Assembly: GCF_030028105.1 (NCBI RefSeq)
Contig: NC_092371.1
Coordinates: forward strand, 14,777,884 to 14,841,883
Source: Mobula birostris
Taxonomy: Eukaryota
Direction: 5' to 3'
Length of the DNA: 64,000 nucleotides
The position numbers and the translations under genes were made by a program. The notes under the pieces were generated by a model, which was not told where the DNA came from, did not search any database, and saw nothing but the letters and a program-made list of their open reading frames with translations. This document shows, in pieces, positions 38,080 through 51,689 of the stretch; the stretch's first letter is position 1, and each line of letters opens with the position of its first letter.

Positions 38080-38460
38080 AACGACAGAATGGGAAATAAA
38101 AGTGATCTAAGTGAATTTGATCGGAATAATTGTTGGTGCCAGATGGGGTGGTTCCAGTACGGCTGGATGTCCTATTCTGCTGAAATATTCACGCACAACT
38201 CTTACTGAGTTTACGGAGAATGGTGCGAAAAATAAGAATTGAGCTGCCGTTCCGTGGTAGTAAACGCCTTGTTCATGAAACAGGGCAGAGGTGAATGATC
38301 AGACTGATGCAAACTGAGAGGAAAGCAACAGGAACTCAGTTCACCAGGCCTTATAAGAGTGGTGTGCGGAACAGAGCCTATGAACGCAGAACACGTCGAA
38401 ACTTGAAGTGGATAAGCTGCCGCAGCTGATGGCCACAAACATTCAGGAAATACTTCATGA
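38080..38460 (+). mobile_element. Tc1-like transposase 5' fragment (pseudogene)
   Basis: MGNKSDLSEFD...IVGARWGG HTH-type start; frameshifted. Confidence 0.65.
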
Positions 38461-38466
38461 AGTGGC

Positions 38467-38467
<1 letters not shown>

Positions 38468-38503
<36 letters not shown>
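38468..38503. repeat. (GA)n microsatellite
   Basis: Direct reading. Confidence 0.9.
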
Positions 38504-38506
<3 letters not shown>

Positions 38507-41500
38507 CCTTGCTGATGGATACTGCTTTCTGCGACAGCGCTCCTTTAGATGTGCTCAGAAGTAGAACGGCTTTACTTCTGATGGACTAGGCTGTATCCAT
38601 TACTTTGTAGGCTTTCCCGCTCATGGGTATTGGCGTTTCCATGATACAACCATTAAATATACTCTACGTTGTCCATCCATAGAAATTTGTAAAAGTTTTG
38701 GATGTCATGCTGATTCTTCGCAAACTTCTAAGAATGTGTTGGCGCTGTAGTGTCTCTTTTCGCATGGTAATTATGTGCTAGACCCAGGACAAAAATTATA
38801 ACGCCTCCGATCTCCTAATGAGGACTGTCACATAGATCTCCGGATTTCCCCCTCCTGCAGTCAATAAACTTCCCTTTGGTTTTGATGACATTCTGTGAAA
38901 GATAGTTGGTGCAGCATCATTCAGTCAGATACGCATCTGTTCTTAGAAGTCTGCCCTCAGCTCCAGGGAAGCAAAGGCCACAGGATCAGCATGGCGGAAC
39001 TCGATCCGAAGACCAGTGGTAGGTATGTTTAACGAGCTGCCAGAGGCAGTGGAAGAAGAAGGTAAAACTGCGCTGTTGAAAATGTATCAAGGCAGTTACA
39101 TTTTATGGTGACATTAGTCAAACGCAGGCAAATGGGATTAGCACAATTAAGCAACTTGGTCAGAATGGACAAGTTGGGCCAAAGGGCCTGTTTCTGCGCT
39201 GTTTGAATCTGTAACTCAAAAAAAAAAGTGGCTTTTAGTAAAATGGGGACAGGGAATCGGTGCAATAGCTGGTTGTAAATGAGATGCATCAAGCACCACT
39301 CCAAGGCCCTCTGATAAGTATTTTTGATGATAGAGACTGAAACAAGGACAAAGTATGTTTTACATGAGCAACAACGAGGATCAATTATAACTTTCGCAGG
39401 TTACTGACACAAGTATCCTTAATATCCAAATACAACAAGCTGTGAGGGAGATAGATGTTGCTCTTTTCCAAGGACTTTTGAAGATAGCAATTAGGTATCG
39501 CGCGGTTGGCTAGATGAGAACTGCTAAGTACAGGAAATAGGTGTTGTCCTCGCATCAAATTGTCCCATGCTTTCACCGTCTCACCTTCTATCTCTCTCCG
39601 TTCTCTTTGCACCGCCTGTCTCTCTTTTCTGTTCCACTCTCTCCTCTCGTTCTTTCTCTCCCCGTTCTCTTTCAGAATTGCAATTTAATGTCTCTGACAT
39701 CAATCAATTTCATCGCTTGTAACAACTAATTGCAATTTTTGTAAACTTTTTATTCGATGATTTATTTTCAGAATTTGTGTCTTCCAGTTATAGCAGTTTC
39801 TTAGTCTTGAATTGTTTAAAAAAATCAACCGTAGCTCTCCCCACCCCACCCTCCCCGCGATCGAATTTCCGGGCCAGCTGGACCACTTCACAAACAAGAC
39901 AGAAATAGCAGCAGTTTGTGCAATAGTCGCTAAATAAAAGCTGTGCTAACACTGCCCGGTCCCCATGGGGAGATGACACGCTCCGCAGCTGCATCAGTGC
40001 AGGTCACAACACAGACAGCTCGACCCTGTGATCATCATGAGGGAGGAGTTAACTGGACTGACTAGCTTCCGACGTCAGGATTGGTTTGATGGAAAAGGAC
40101 CATATCCAAGTAATTGATGTCTGGTTTTCGAGATTTTGAGACAATCATTCACACAGAATCACATAACCCGAATAGTTATTTGGAAGACACTTCTTCTCAT
40201 CTGTTACACAATATCCGACAATCAGTTTCGATTTGGAGGCGGAATGAGGGGTGGGTGGAGATTAACTAAATCATAGACAACAGAAGCGAGAGGTGATGGT
40301 CTTTCATCAGAGTGAGGATCAGAATTAGAATCAGGTTCAATATCACCGGCACATCCCCTGAAAATTGAGCGGGGAAGGGGTCGGAAGGCTGGAAAACGCA
40401 TTTTTGCGTGAGAAAATAACAAACGAATTACCAAGATGCCAGAGTGCTGAGGACCAGATTAATATAAACATAGACGTCATTGAGTCATAGAGCACTACAA
40501 CACATAATGAGACCCTTCGGCCAATCCGGTCTGTGCTGAACTATTAATATAGCTCGTCCCGTCATTCTACACCTAGACCAGAGGCATCTATAAACTTCCC
40601 ACCAAGGAGTTATCCAAAATTTCTTAAATCGAAAATTGTCCCTATCCAGCACATCCGCTGGTAACGCTTCCCAAAGCATTATTTCAGTAAATAAGTTTCT
40701 CCTCATGTTCCCTTTAAACATTTCACTATTTATTCTTATGCCATGGACTCTGGTTGTAGTATCCCCAACATCATGTGGAAAAAAAGCCAGCTTGTTTTTA
40801 CCCTAGCTAGATCTCCTACAGTGGCGTGGCAGGAGGCACGAAGACAGCCAGAAATGCTGCTATAACTATGTAAGAGAAAGCATATAAACGGAAAGAATGT
40901 GGATAAACTTCACACTGTGAATGGAAGCACTGGAAAGTAAGTAAAAAAAAAGTCCAGTATAATAATTATAATTAAATATACAAGAACGCAAAGGAAGCCA
41001 TCGTTCCTCGGGGCCAAGGTGAAAAACTGAGAAGTTATAGTCCCACATAGCACATACGGGCATACAAGCATATTAGCACAAGTCTCTGAGTGTCCTGGCC
41101 GTACGATTGACACGTTAACATAAAATGTGAGGTGTATGCTTCTGTAAAACAGTAGAATGTTACCGGCAATTTTATAAGACAAGCCCTGGTATAAATATGT
41201 GAAACAGCAGCAATAAAAGTCCTTTTTTACTGCTTATAATGAAGACCCCTGTATACTATTACTCACAGATGGCAGAACGTTAACAAGTTCAATAAAAGAG
41301 AATGAAGGAAACGGGTTATTGACGTTTATTTCAGAATTATTTGAGTCAAAAGAAAGGAAGACTTATTGCATTGATGTAGAACTATGTCAATAAGATTTAA
41401 AGAGTGCAGAGTGATTTACAAGGATGTTCATGGTACCTGAGGACCTGGCTTAAGTGTGAAAGGTAACAGGGAGGGGATCTCCTTCAAGCAGAGGGTGGAG

Positions 41501-41889
41501 AGAGGGTGGATCAAGCTCTTAACAGAAATGGTGGATGACTTTTGATTTCAACATTTAAGAGAAAACTGGATAGGTACGGGTATGCGGGGGGGGGACGGGG
41601 GGGACGGGATTTATGGAGGACTATATTCTCGGTGTATGTCCACGGGACTACGCAACATCACAGTTCGACATGGACAAATGGGCCGAAGGACCTGCTCCGT
41701 GCTGCACTGGTCTTTCACTCTGACTCCATGATCCGAATGAGAGCACAACTGAAATATTGCTCTTAGTTTCAATTTTCACTGTTTTGAGAAGTCATGCAGG
41801 CGATCGAGATTGAGTCATTGAATCGTGCGGTAACGGACGGCAGCCCGATTTATTTATTTACCGACAAACGCTTTACTCCTGATTTAACC

Positions 41890-44800
41890 TGTTACGTACC
41901 CCGTAACTGGGTTGCCAAACCAGCAGAAATGGATCACTCAGTTGGAGTCTGGATTACTGGAACTAAGAGAGTTTTATTAAAGAAACAAGCAGCACAGTAC
42001 TCTAATCAAAAGGATAATAAATGCAACCGTTCAGCAATGATAAACACACATGTACACAGAATTAGGATAACAGGACCAATCAGGCTCTATCGTCGTCTAG
42101 GGGTAAATAACCAGTTTCAAAGTGACGCAAAGTTCAGTTCAACTGAGTTCAGTTCAGTTCACAGTAATCACTGCCGTGGCGATGGACAGTGGGGGGAAGG
42201 AGAGAGAGAGCAAAAACGAACGAATGTTCAAACGCTTCCACACAGACCTTCGATATTCTCCGCAGTCAGCATTCGGGCGAGCTCTTTGTGATGTCTTCTG
42301 AGGTCACCGACTGTGACCCTCCGTTTCCAGATACGATCTTTCCTCTGCGGTGAACCCGGCACCCAGGCAAGGGCAGACACACACCAGGTTCCCGCCGATC
42401 GTATCTTTCCACCCTGTGCGTCTCTGGCTTGATCCCGCGATTAGCCCTCCAAAAACTCCCACCGACTTGTGGGAGGTGCACCGCTTCCAGGGTCTCGTTA
42501 CCTCGTGGTGTCGTGTGTGTTGCCTTAGCGAACCTGTCCCTTTTTATCCCCCTGCTGGGGTATCGCCTGTCCATCACTTCAAACAGTTCAGGGTTCAAAG
42601 AGGAGCCGGTCTTGACAGCTCTCCCATCTCTTCATTAACAACTCCTAATGCTGCTCCATTGTTTTCCTTATCTCTCTTTCTCCTGAAGACAGGTGGCAGA
42701 CCAACTGTTGATCCCACTGGTGCCAGCACAGGACAGTTAACATCTTAGTCTATGTGTACTTTCGTCACACCCCTCACCTTTAAGGATTTATACCAGGGTA
42801 AAAATTACAAACATGAATACATTATTCGATACACACAAATATACATCTTCGTCAGCTATTTGGCTAATACAGCGAATTTTAAGTTGTCAACACTTTGACA
42901 GGCAGTCAGCAATCACATTTCCTGTTCCTTTTCTATGTGTTATTAATAATCCCTTAAACCAGGCTCCAATTTAGCAAACTTCACAGTGGCCAAAAACACT
43001 GATGAATTGCGATCAATGTAACCTCCTACTGGGTTTCGTCCCGGACCACAATAACAAGGGTCGTCCCATTCCGACTTAGTTTTCTCTCGCAAGGGCTTAG
43101 TAGGAGGGGGAGGGATAGTAACCGCAGAGTTATTGCAAAACTTTCTACAGTACCCCACTATCTCCAAGAGCCTTCTGAGGGCCCTCTTGTCTGTCGGGGT
43201 TGGGATGTCAGAGATAGCCCGCACTTTAGCTTGCATCGCTGCCAGCTGCCCCTGTGTTACCACAATTCTCAGATAAGTGACCTTCGTGTGGCCGAACTCA
43301 TTTTTTTCAAGGTTCACTATCAAGCTGGCTTCAGACAGCCGTATTACATCGCCAATACACACCCCTGTGTTCGTCAGCCCTTTCGTCACTGAATTACTCA
43401 TTCTATAGGGCTGTTGCTCACTAGGCTGCCTTAGCATAACAAACACCACCCAACGTCCCAGTTCTTTGCATCGCCTCGGGACAATCAAACACACGTGTGC
43501 GAGCCGTTTAATTACATCTCCTAAAGAGTCGCTTTGTTCGGGGATTAAGGGAGAGACCTTATCAGCAGAGCTGGCGAAACCAATAGTCTTCTCCCATCTG
43601 GTCGATACCATACTCATCTTTTCAAAATGGTTTTTTTCTCTTATCAGGGGGACCCTAGCTTCATTGATTTCGGCGCTAACACCGACTAGGTTTGTTAGCA
43701 TATCAAAAGCCTGTGACCGTCTCAGTTCGCATCTGCCATAATCAATAACATCCTTCCTCCTGTGCAGCCGGTAAACCTCTTTCATGATTCCACCAACTGT
43801 TTCCTCCAGCACCTCAAAATGTCCACCGAGGGGTACCTTGTGGGCCAGGTTAAAAATCTCATCCCCATAACAGTTTTGCACCACCCCCCCATTCCTCATC
43901 TGCGGGTACGGTACTTGGTCTCCCTTTTCTCCTTAGCACTTCCTCCTCCACACAATAGCCTACTGGCTCCCTTCTTAATTCTGCGTCAGAGAGAGCTGTC
44001 TCTGCCAAAACCATCAGCCCTCGTCTCGCTCCTGCGCCTGCTCAAACTTTTTCCTGGCTAATGCTAAATCTGTCTCAGCTCCCTCACTACCTCTTGTTTC
44101 ACTACACTCCTTCTTTTCACTTTCTACCTCCTCCTGGTTCGCCTCAGCTAAATTTACTTCGACAGTCCCGGGATGAACCTGTGAGTCCATGGGCGGGGCC
44201 TCAATGCTGGCAGGCTGACCTGTCAATCTCACGGCTGGGAACACGATTCCCCGGCGAGGTCATTACCGAGCAAGACTTCCACGCCTTTCATCGGTAATTC
44301 GGCCCTCACCCCGATCGTGACTAGTCCAGAGACCAAGTTGCTTTGTAGGTGTATCTGGTGCAAAGGGATTGCCTCTGTCCCTTCCCCAATACCTTTGACC
44401 TTGACCTCCCCAGTCTGGGTCTCTGAGCTAAACTCTAATACACTCTTCAATATCAATGACTGACACGCTCCCGTGTCTCTCCAGATCCGCACTGGAACTG
44501 GGTTTAATCCCTTCTTCACTGACACCAATCCGGCCGAAATAAACCTCTTGCGCCCTTCCTGAACTTTGGCAGACCTTTCCTGTCCTAGCGGTTCGTTTAC
44601 CAGCTCGATACAGCCAGTCAAAATGGCCGTTTTTCCTTTTCCCGTCTCCTCCTTTGGGGCAAAGCACCTGGACGCAAAGTGTCCGACTTTCCCACAATTA
44701 TAACAGACGACCCCAGGAGACGTCCTACCAGACTACTCCTGGTCTATCTTATCCTTCTCACTAGTCCCCGGCTTATTTTCTGACTTTTCTGGCGGACTCT

Positions 44801-46774
44801 CCCCGCCGTCCTGACTACCCTTCTGGTAGCCTTTACTCGGGGCAAATTTCATTTTATGCGTCAACGCATACTCATCCGCTAATTTAGCAGTTGCGGCTAA
44901 CGTGGCTGCCTCTTTCTCATCTAGGTAGGGTCTCATACCCTCAGGGACACAACCTTTAAACTACTCAATCAGGATCAGCTGTAGCAGTCTGTCATAATCC
45001 CCATCTACCCCCTTCGAGGCGCACCAACGCTCACAATATGTCTGCATCTCACGGGCAAACTCTAAATACGTGCGGGCCCACTGCTTCCTCGCATTCGGGA
45101 ACCTCTGCCAGTATGCCTCCGGGACCAACTCCTGAGGATGGCCTCTTTCACCACCTCATACCTCTGGGCATCTTCCGCGGACAAAGCTGAGTAAGCTTGT
45201 TGGGCTTTCCCTTTCAGTACGCTCTGACGCAAAACAGCCCACTTATCCCTCGGCCAGTTCTGACTTGTAGCAACTTTTTCGAAATGGAGAAAGTACTGAT
45301 CCACATCGGTATCGTCAAATGGGGGAACCAGCCTAACCTCCTGGGTCGCCCGGAGCCCTCCACCTTGGTTCGGCACGGGCCCCTGCTCTGCCCTTATTTT
45401 TAACTTCTCCAGCTCAAATTCCCTTTCCCTCTGTTTCTCGAACTGCCTCTCTTCTCGCTCCAACTGTCTCTCTCTCTCCTGCCTTTCTAACTGCTTCTCT
45501 TCGTGTTCTAACTGCCGTACCCGGAACTCGTGCTCGAGTCTCAGTTTTTCAAACTGCACCTGTACCACGTCTCCAGCAGGTTTTTCAATAGACACCACCT
45601 CCAGCTCCCCTTGGGGAAACACACCTTTAGATACATAGTGCTCTACGATAGCTCTGTGTATCTCCTCTCTCCTCATTGTCGACTTCCCCTTAACAAGATT
45701 CAATCGTTCGGCCACAGCTGCCAATTCCGCTTTCCTGGCATCCTCTAATGCCTCCAAGGTCGGCGCCTTTATAAATTCCTCAATCTCCATTTCTGCTGTT
45801 TGTCTTTTCTTTCTTTCTGGAATTTTAACTCAATCAATTTACTCCGTCCCAAATTTAGCGTTCAAAATCGCGGACGAGAATCCCACTGATGTTACGTACC
45901 CCGTAACTGGGTTGCCAAACCAGCAGAAATGGATCACTCAGTTGGAGTCTGGATTACTGGAACTAAGAGAGCTTTATTAAAGAAACAAGCAACACAGTAC
46001 TCTAATCAAAAGGATAATAAATGCAACAGTTCAGCAATGATAAACACACATGTACACAGAATTAGGATAACAGGATCAATCAAGCTCTATCGTCGTCTAG
46101 GGGTAAATGACCAGTTTCAAAGTGACGCAAAGTTCAGTTCAACTGAGTTCAGTTCAGTTCACAGTAATCACTGCTGTGGCGATGGACAGTGGAGGGAAGG
46201 AGAGAGAGAGCAAAAACGAATGAATATTCGAACGGCTTCCACACAGACCTTCGATATTCTTCGCAGTCAGCTTTCGGGTGAGCCCTTTGTGATGTCTTCT
46301 GAGGTCACCAACTGTGACCTCTCCGTTTCCAGATACGATCTTTCCGCAGCGGTGAACCCGGCACCCAGGCAAGGGCAGACACACACCAGGTTCCCGCCGA
46401 TCGTATCTTTCCACCCTGTGCGTCTCTGGCTTGGTCCCGCGACCAGCCCTCCAAAGACTTCCACCGACTTGTGGGAGGCGCACCGCTTCCAGGGTCTCGT
46501 TACCTCGTGATGTCGTGTGTGTTGCCTTAGCGAACCTGTCCTTTTTTATCCCCCTGCTGGGGTATCGCCTGTCCATCACTTCAAACAGTTCAGGGTTCAA
46601 AGAGGAGCCGATCTTGACAGCTCTCCTTCCGTCCCTTCATTAACATCTCCAAATGCTGCTCCATTGTTTTCCTTATCTCTCTTTCTCCTGAATACAGGTG
46701 GCAGACCAACTGTTGATCCCACTGGTGCCAGCACAGGACAGTTAACATCTTAATCTATGTGTACTCTCGTCACA
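41890..46774 (-). mobile_element. Gypsy (Gmr1-like) LTR retrotransposon, two LTRs, internally deleted pol
   Basis: LTRs 45890-46774 (5') and 41890-42769 (3') with TG...CA ends; 4-bp TSD AACC; tRNA-Pro-like PBS (tgggattctcgtccgcgat); PPT aaggtgagggg. Internal region: gag with SCAN-like segment, CYNCGKVGHFASRC knuckle, RDTGA protease, then an integrase Zn-finger start followed by RT remnants. Confidence 0.93.
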
Positions 46775-46779
46775 AACCC

Positions 46780-46945
46780 AAGGCTAATCATGGGTCAATT
46801 TACAATGACTAATTATCCTTCGAACCGGCACGTCTCTGGACTGTGAAAATAAAACAGACGACCTGGAGAAAACCCACACATTCCCCGGCAAGAACGTTAC
46901 AGGCTCCTTACGGAAGCCGTCAGAATGAACTTCTAACTCTGACGT
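46780..46945 (-). mobile_element. V-SINE/HE1-like SINE fragment
   Basis: ctttggactgtg...ggagaaaacccac-type central domain in reverse; similar pieces at about 8480-8620 and 14050-14270. Confidence 0.5.
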
Positions 46946-48346
46946 CTTGAGATGTAATTGCGTCGCCCGAAACGGTATTTCGCAAAAACCTTTGCAATGC
47001 ATGTACCTGTGTAATTAAGTGGTGTTATTGTGCGTGCAGCTACCAGCTCCTTACGATTTGCATACAGTTCTGTAAGATTACTCCTTATTTTCCTACGCTC
47101 CAAGGAATAACTTCCCCATTGAACCGATCTATCCTTGTCACTCAATCCCTGGAGTCATCGCAACATCCTCATAAGTTGTCATTCTCTTCCAGAGGACCAG
47201 AACATAAAAGCAAGATTGTAGTGTTGAGTCTTTATAAAGTGTTGTGAGGTCCCACTTGTAGTATTGTACGTAGTTCTGGGCTCCTTATTTCAGAAAGGAT
47301 GTGCTGAGATTGGAGAGGGTTCAGAGGAGGTTTACAAAAATGTTTCTAGGATTTAATGGCTCGTTAAATGAAGGGCGTTTGATGGCTCTAGGACTTCATT
47401 GACGAGAACTCAGAAGAATGGGGGATGACCTCACTGAAGTTGAAATGTATTGATAGTGTGGATGTGGAGAGGACGTTTCCTATGGTGGGACAGTTTGAGA
47501 CCAGAGGACACAGCCTCAAAATAGAGGGGTGTCCTTTCTTTTTGCCAGAGGTGGTGAACCTGTAGAATTGTTTTCCACAGACAATTGTGGAAGCCAAGTC
47601 TTTATGTGTTGTATATTTAACGCAGAGATTGATAAATTCTTGATTGGTCGGGGCAGAAGTGATGCAGGAAGAATGCTGGAGATTAGGGCTGAGCAAAATT
47701 GGATCAGCGATGATGAAATAGCCGAGCACCAGCGATGGGACAAATAGTCTAATTCTCCCTCTATATACTATGGTCTAAATATTTACTGTACACTTTTCAA
47801 CAATGCAATCTTTCTAGTAGCAAGCTGATTAATGCAGAAAACATTATTTCAAATGCTGCCTCACCAACATCTAACGCACTTGCAATATTGCATTCCAAAA
47901 TCGTAACTGGCGAAGGCCGTCGTACCACAAGGTTTCCTCACCAACCTGCATACACTTGATGCTACCTTTAGGAATGGATTTTTTGATATCAGTGGATTGG
48001 TAATTCAGGAATTAGTGCAGTAGGGTAAGCGATAAGCAAGAAGGCGTGAATATCCAATGACTGAATCGGATACCTTGTCTTGGGTCACACTGCTTGAAGT
48101 TATACATTTTTTGAGTGCTGGTGCGGGGAAAGTGCATTAGGTTATGATATTGTTGACTGTCCCCAGAGCAGCGGAAGCTGGTACAGGCAAGTGGAGAGTT
48201 TTCCAAGGAAAATCTTCGATATATCTGATACGTGTCCTTGGTCTTTGCAGACACACATCCAGGGTCCTGAAACAGTGTAGATTACTTCAATCACCTCAAT
48301 ACTAAAATGATTACACAACCTATAGATTCACACTGAAGGACACCAG

Positions 48347-48494
48347 NNNNNNNNNNNNNNNNNNNNNNNNNNNNNNNNNNNNNNNNNNNNNNNNNNNNNN
48401 NNNNNNNNNNNNNNNNNNNNNNNNNNNNNNNNNNNNNNNNNNNNNNNNNNNNNNNNNNNNNNNNNNNNNNNNNNNNNNNNNNNNNNNNNNNNNN
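48347..48494. other. assembly gap (148 N)
   Basis: Run of n. Confidence 1.
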
Positions 48495-49341
48495 TCTATT
48501 TATGTATATATTAATCTATTCATTCATGTATTCATTTATTTATTACTTCGTTATTTATCTGTTTTGATTATTGATCGATTTATTTATGTATGTATTTATT
48601 TGTTTTGTTTGTTTCTATTTGCACAGTTTGTCTTATTTTGCTCCTCAATTGTTTGTCCGCCTTAGTGTTTACTTTTTCATTTATTCCATTGCATTTCTTT
48701 ATATTTTCTGTTAATGTCCACAAGGCAATGAATCTCAGGTTAGTACATGATGACGTGTACGTATTCTGATAGTAAATTTACTTCGAACATTGAATCTCAT
48801 GAGCTCTAACCTTTGATAACGGCCTAATTTAAAAAACTCAATTTAATGAATCGAATGCTTTCTGTTCAGTAGTTGCCACTGGACAATGACGGCGAAATAT
48901 TCAACAAAGTGGATGTGAGGTGATTCGATGTCAAGGCATGATTGGTCAGATTCGTTGCTGTTGAAAGCGGCCATTGCCTGGCACTAATGTTACTCATACC
49001 TGCCTTGTCTAGCTATTTTCATAGTCTTGTTCGATGCCTCAATATTTCACTGACAAAAAAATTAAATGAATGCTGTGCAACTTCACAGATGAAAGATCTC
49101 GGGCTGTAAACGGCGACTGTCCATTTCCCTCCGTAGATGCTGGCTGACCTGTCCTTTGGAAACGCAGTCTCCGCCCCCATCCCTTCCCAGGCTCCTCCCA
49201 TCCATTAAGATCACAGTTAATAAACGGACCCGGAGATTACGATTTTCAAACGTTGGAACCGAAGCTGCTCACTGTGTTTGCAGAACAGCGCGCGTTTCGG
49301 TCGGAATTTTGAGCGCTCGCTGAATACATTTCTCCGGAAGA

Positions 49342-49891
49342 ATGTCGCCTGTGTTACATCTCCTATGGGCTCTGCTGCTGCATTTAACAGTTGAGAGTCG
49401 GGTTGGTTCACGCACTGATTGTCTGTTAAAATTCTGATTACAGCTGATTTATTTATATTTTCCTCGTGTTCTGTGATTGATGATCCGTCTGTTGGTTTCA
49501 CGTCACCCAGTGGTTTTATTGTGCTTTACGGCAGGTATCCAGGCAGTCCCAGTCCTCAGTCAGACCCAAATATCCAGTCTTGTGTCCGCTGGACAAACCG
49601 TCCGCTCAGAGAGTCAGATGTAGAACGGTAATGCTGGAAGTTACGACATGAGCTGGTACCGACAACGTCCTGGAGAGAGACCGAAGCGGGTGTTAGTACA
49701 GTATATGCGAAGGGCAATGGAAAATATCGACGGGCAGGGATCACAAACCGTTTCCAACCGTCCAGAGACAGCTCCAGCAATAGTTACACTTAATGATCGG
49801 CAGCTTGGAGTTCCGTCTCTCTGTCGTCTATTACTGTGGAATGTGGGATAAAGCATATATCTTCGTTGCCGGCACTATCATGGACATAAAA
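49342..49891 (+). pseudogene. germline-joined Ig light-chain VJ pseudogene (sigma-cart/type I-like)
   Basis: Leader MSPVLHLLWALLLHLT (49342-49390, donor damaged). Acceptor ctttacggcag| at 49534. GIQAVPVLSQTQISSLVSAGQT...M*NGNAGSYDMSWYRQRPGE...NRFQPSRDSSSNSYTL.IGSLE...VVYYCGMWDKAYIFVAGTIMDIK. Cys to Ser, stop at 49621, two frameshifts. Confidence 0.88.
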
Positions 49892-50530
49892 GAAACATAG
49901 AAACACAGAAGACCTACAACACAATACAGGCCCTTCTGCCCACAAAACTATACCGAACATGAGCCTACCTTCGAACTACCTAGGGTTTACCCCGAGCCGT
50001 CTATTTTTCTAAGGTCCATTTAGCCATTCAGGAGTCTGTTAAAAGACCCTATCGTTTCCGTCTCCACCACCGTCGCCGGCAGCCCATTCCACGCACTCAC
50101 CACTCTCTGCGTAAAAAACTTACCCCTGACATCTCCTATGATCTACTAAGCACCTTAAAACGATGCCCTCTCGTGCTAGCCATTTCAACCCTGATAGCCT
50201 CTGACTATCAACACGATCAATGCCTCTCATTATCCTGAACACTTCTATCAGGCCACCTTCATCCTCAGTCGCTCCAAGGATAAAAGACCAAGTTCACTCA
50301 ACCTACTCTCATAAGGCAAGCTCCCCAATCCAGGCAACATCCTTTTAAATTTCCTCTGCATCCCTTCTATGGTTTCCACGTCCTTCCTGTCTTGAGGCGA
50401 CCAGAACTGAGCACAGTACTCCAAGTGAGGTCTGAGCAGGGTCCTATATATCTGCACCATTACCTCTGGGCTCTTAAACTCAATCCCACGATTGATGGAG
50501 GCCAATACCACAAATGCCTTCTCAATGTTT
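49892..50530 (-). mobile_element. CR1 3' fragment inserted at the J end of the IgL pseudogene
   Basis: gaaacatagaaac tail starts immediately after the J codons; ORF 50248-50628 LEYCAQFWSP. Confidence 0.85.
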
Positions 50531-51689
50531 TTTTGTTTTTTGGCGTGTGCCTGCGTGCGTGTGAGACTGTGCGTGTGCGTCTGTGTGAGCGTGCGTGCGA
50601 GTCTGTGACTGTATGCCTTCTCAGCCACAGAGTAAGTGACTCCTGCATTCTGTTATAAGCAATTCCTATTTTAGTCACTTTCATTCCACACAGCTGAGTA
50701 AAACGTCGTCCAGGAAAGGCTGATCATATACCTACGCTGTAGGAGGTTCGATCTGTCTCAGTTTGGCACAGCAGGCCATTCATTCCATCGAGACAGCCAA
50801 ATAATTAAATAACTGATTGCTTTACTTGCGAACACATTTTTGCTGGACACTTTTGATCTACCTCAGTCGTTGCACAGAATTGAATATCTTCCGGCGTCCC
50901 TCCTCTTTAACACAATGAGCCCGTGCAATTTATCATTAGCATTTGTTTATTATTGCCACTTTCAGAAGATACAACCAACAGCTTGCATTACATACTGCGA
51001 TGACACAGTGCATTGAGGTGTACATAATAGCAATGTAGAATATAATGCAACGGCGACAGAGAAAGTGCAATACAGGTAGAAAAGGTGCAAGACACAAGGA
51101 GGTAGATTGTGAGGTAAATAGTGCATCTTAAGCCAGAGAACCACTTCATTGCCTTTTTTTCCCAGCGGCTCCTCTACGTTGGCAAATTCAACCATCCCTA
51201 CTGCATATCCCTCCTTTCTCTGCAAACTTCTGTGTCCGTCGTGCAGCTTTTTAAACGTCCCTGTCGTATCTGCCTCCTCCACTCACGCAACGCGGTCCAT
51301 GCACCCATCGCTCTGTATAAAAAATTAAAATGAACCGACCATGTCCTTTAAATACTTACCATCTCAGTTTAGATTTCTGTCCCGGGGGAAAAAAATGATT
51401 GTTATCCTATCGCTGCCTCCCACATTATTCATACATAAATTTGAGATTTGTTTACTTACAGGTATTCACAGTAAAAGAAAGAAATATTACAGAAGCAATG
51501 AAAACCTACACACAAACAAAAACTGACAAGCAATGTGCAAAAATACGACAAACGGCAAATAACGAATAGATAGAAAGATAGAGAAATAACTAAATAGATA
51601 AATAGATAAATCAATTAAATTCAATCAATAAATAAACGGATGCAGCGATAATGGATATATACATAAATAAGACTGAGAACTGAGGTAGG

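Noticed and set aside
40820-40940. VAWQEARRQPEMLL plus gtaagt donor
   Set aside because: Only one strand-like motif; no Cys or YYC at correct spacing
42130-42165. Short tandem repeat (agttc)n, also at about 46135 and 59905
   Set aside because: It is an internal part of the LTR, not a CRISPR array or independent repeat system
49270-49276. CACTGTG RSS-type heptamer
   Set aside because: It lies upstream of the leader rather than at a V/J boundary, and there is no nonamer at 12/23 spacing
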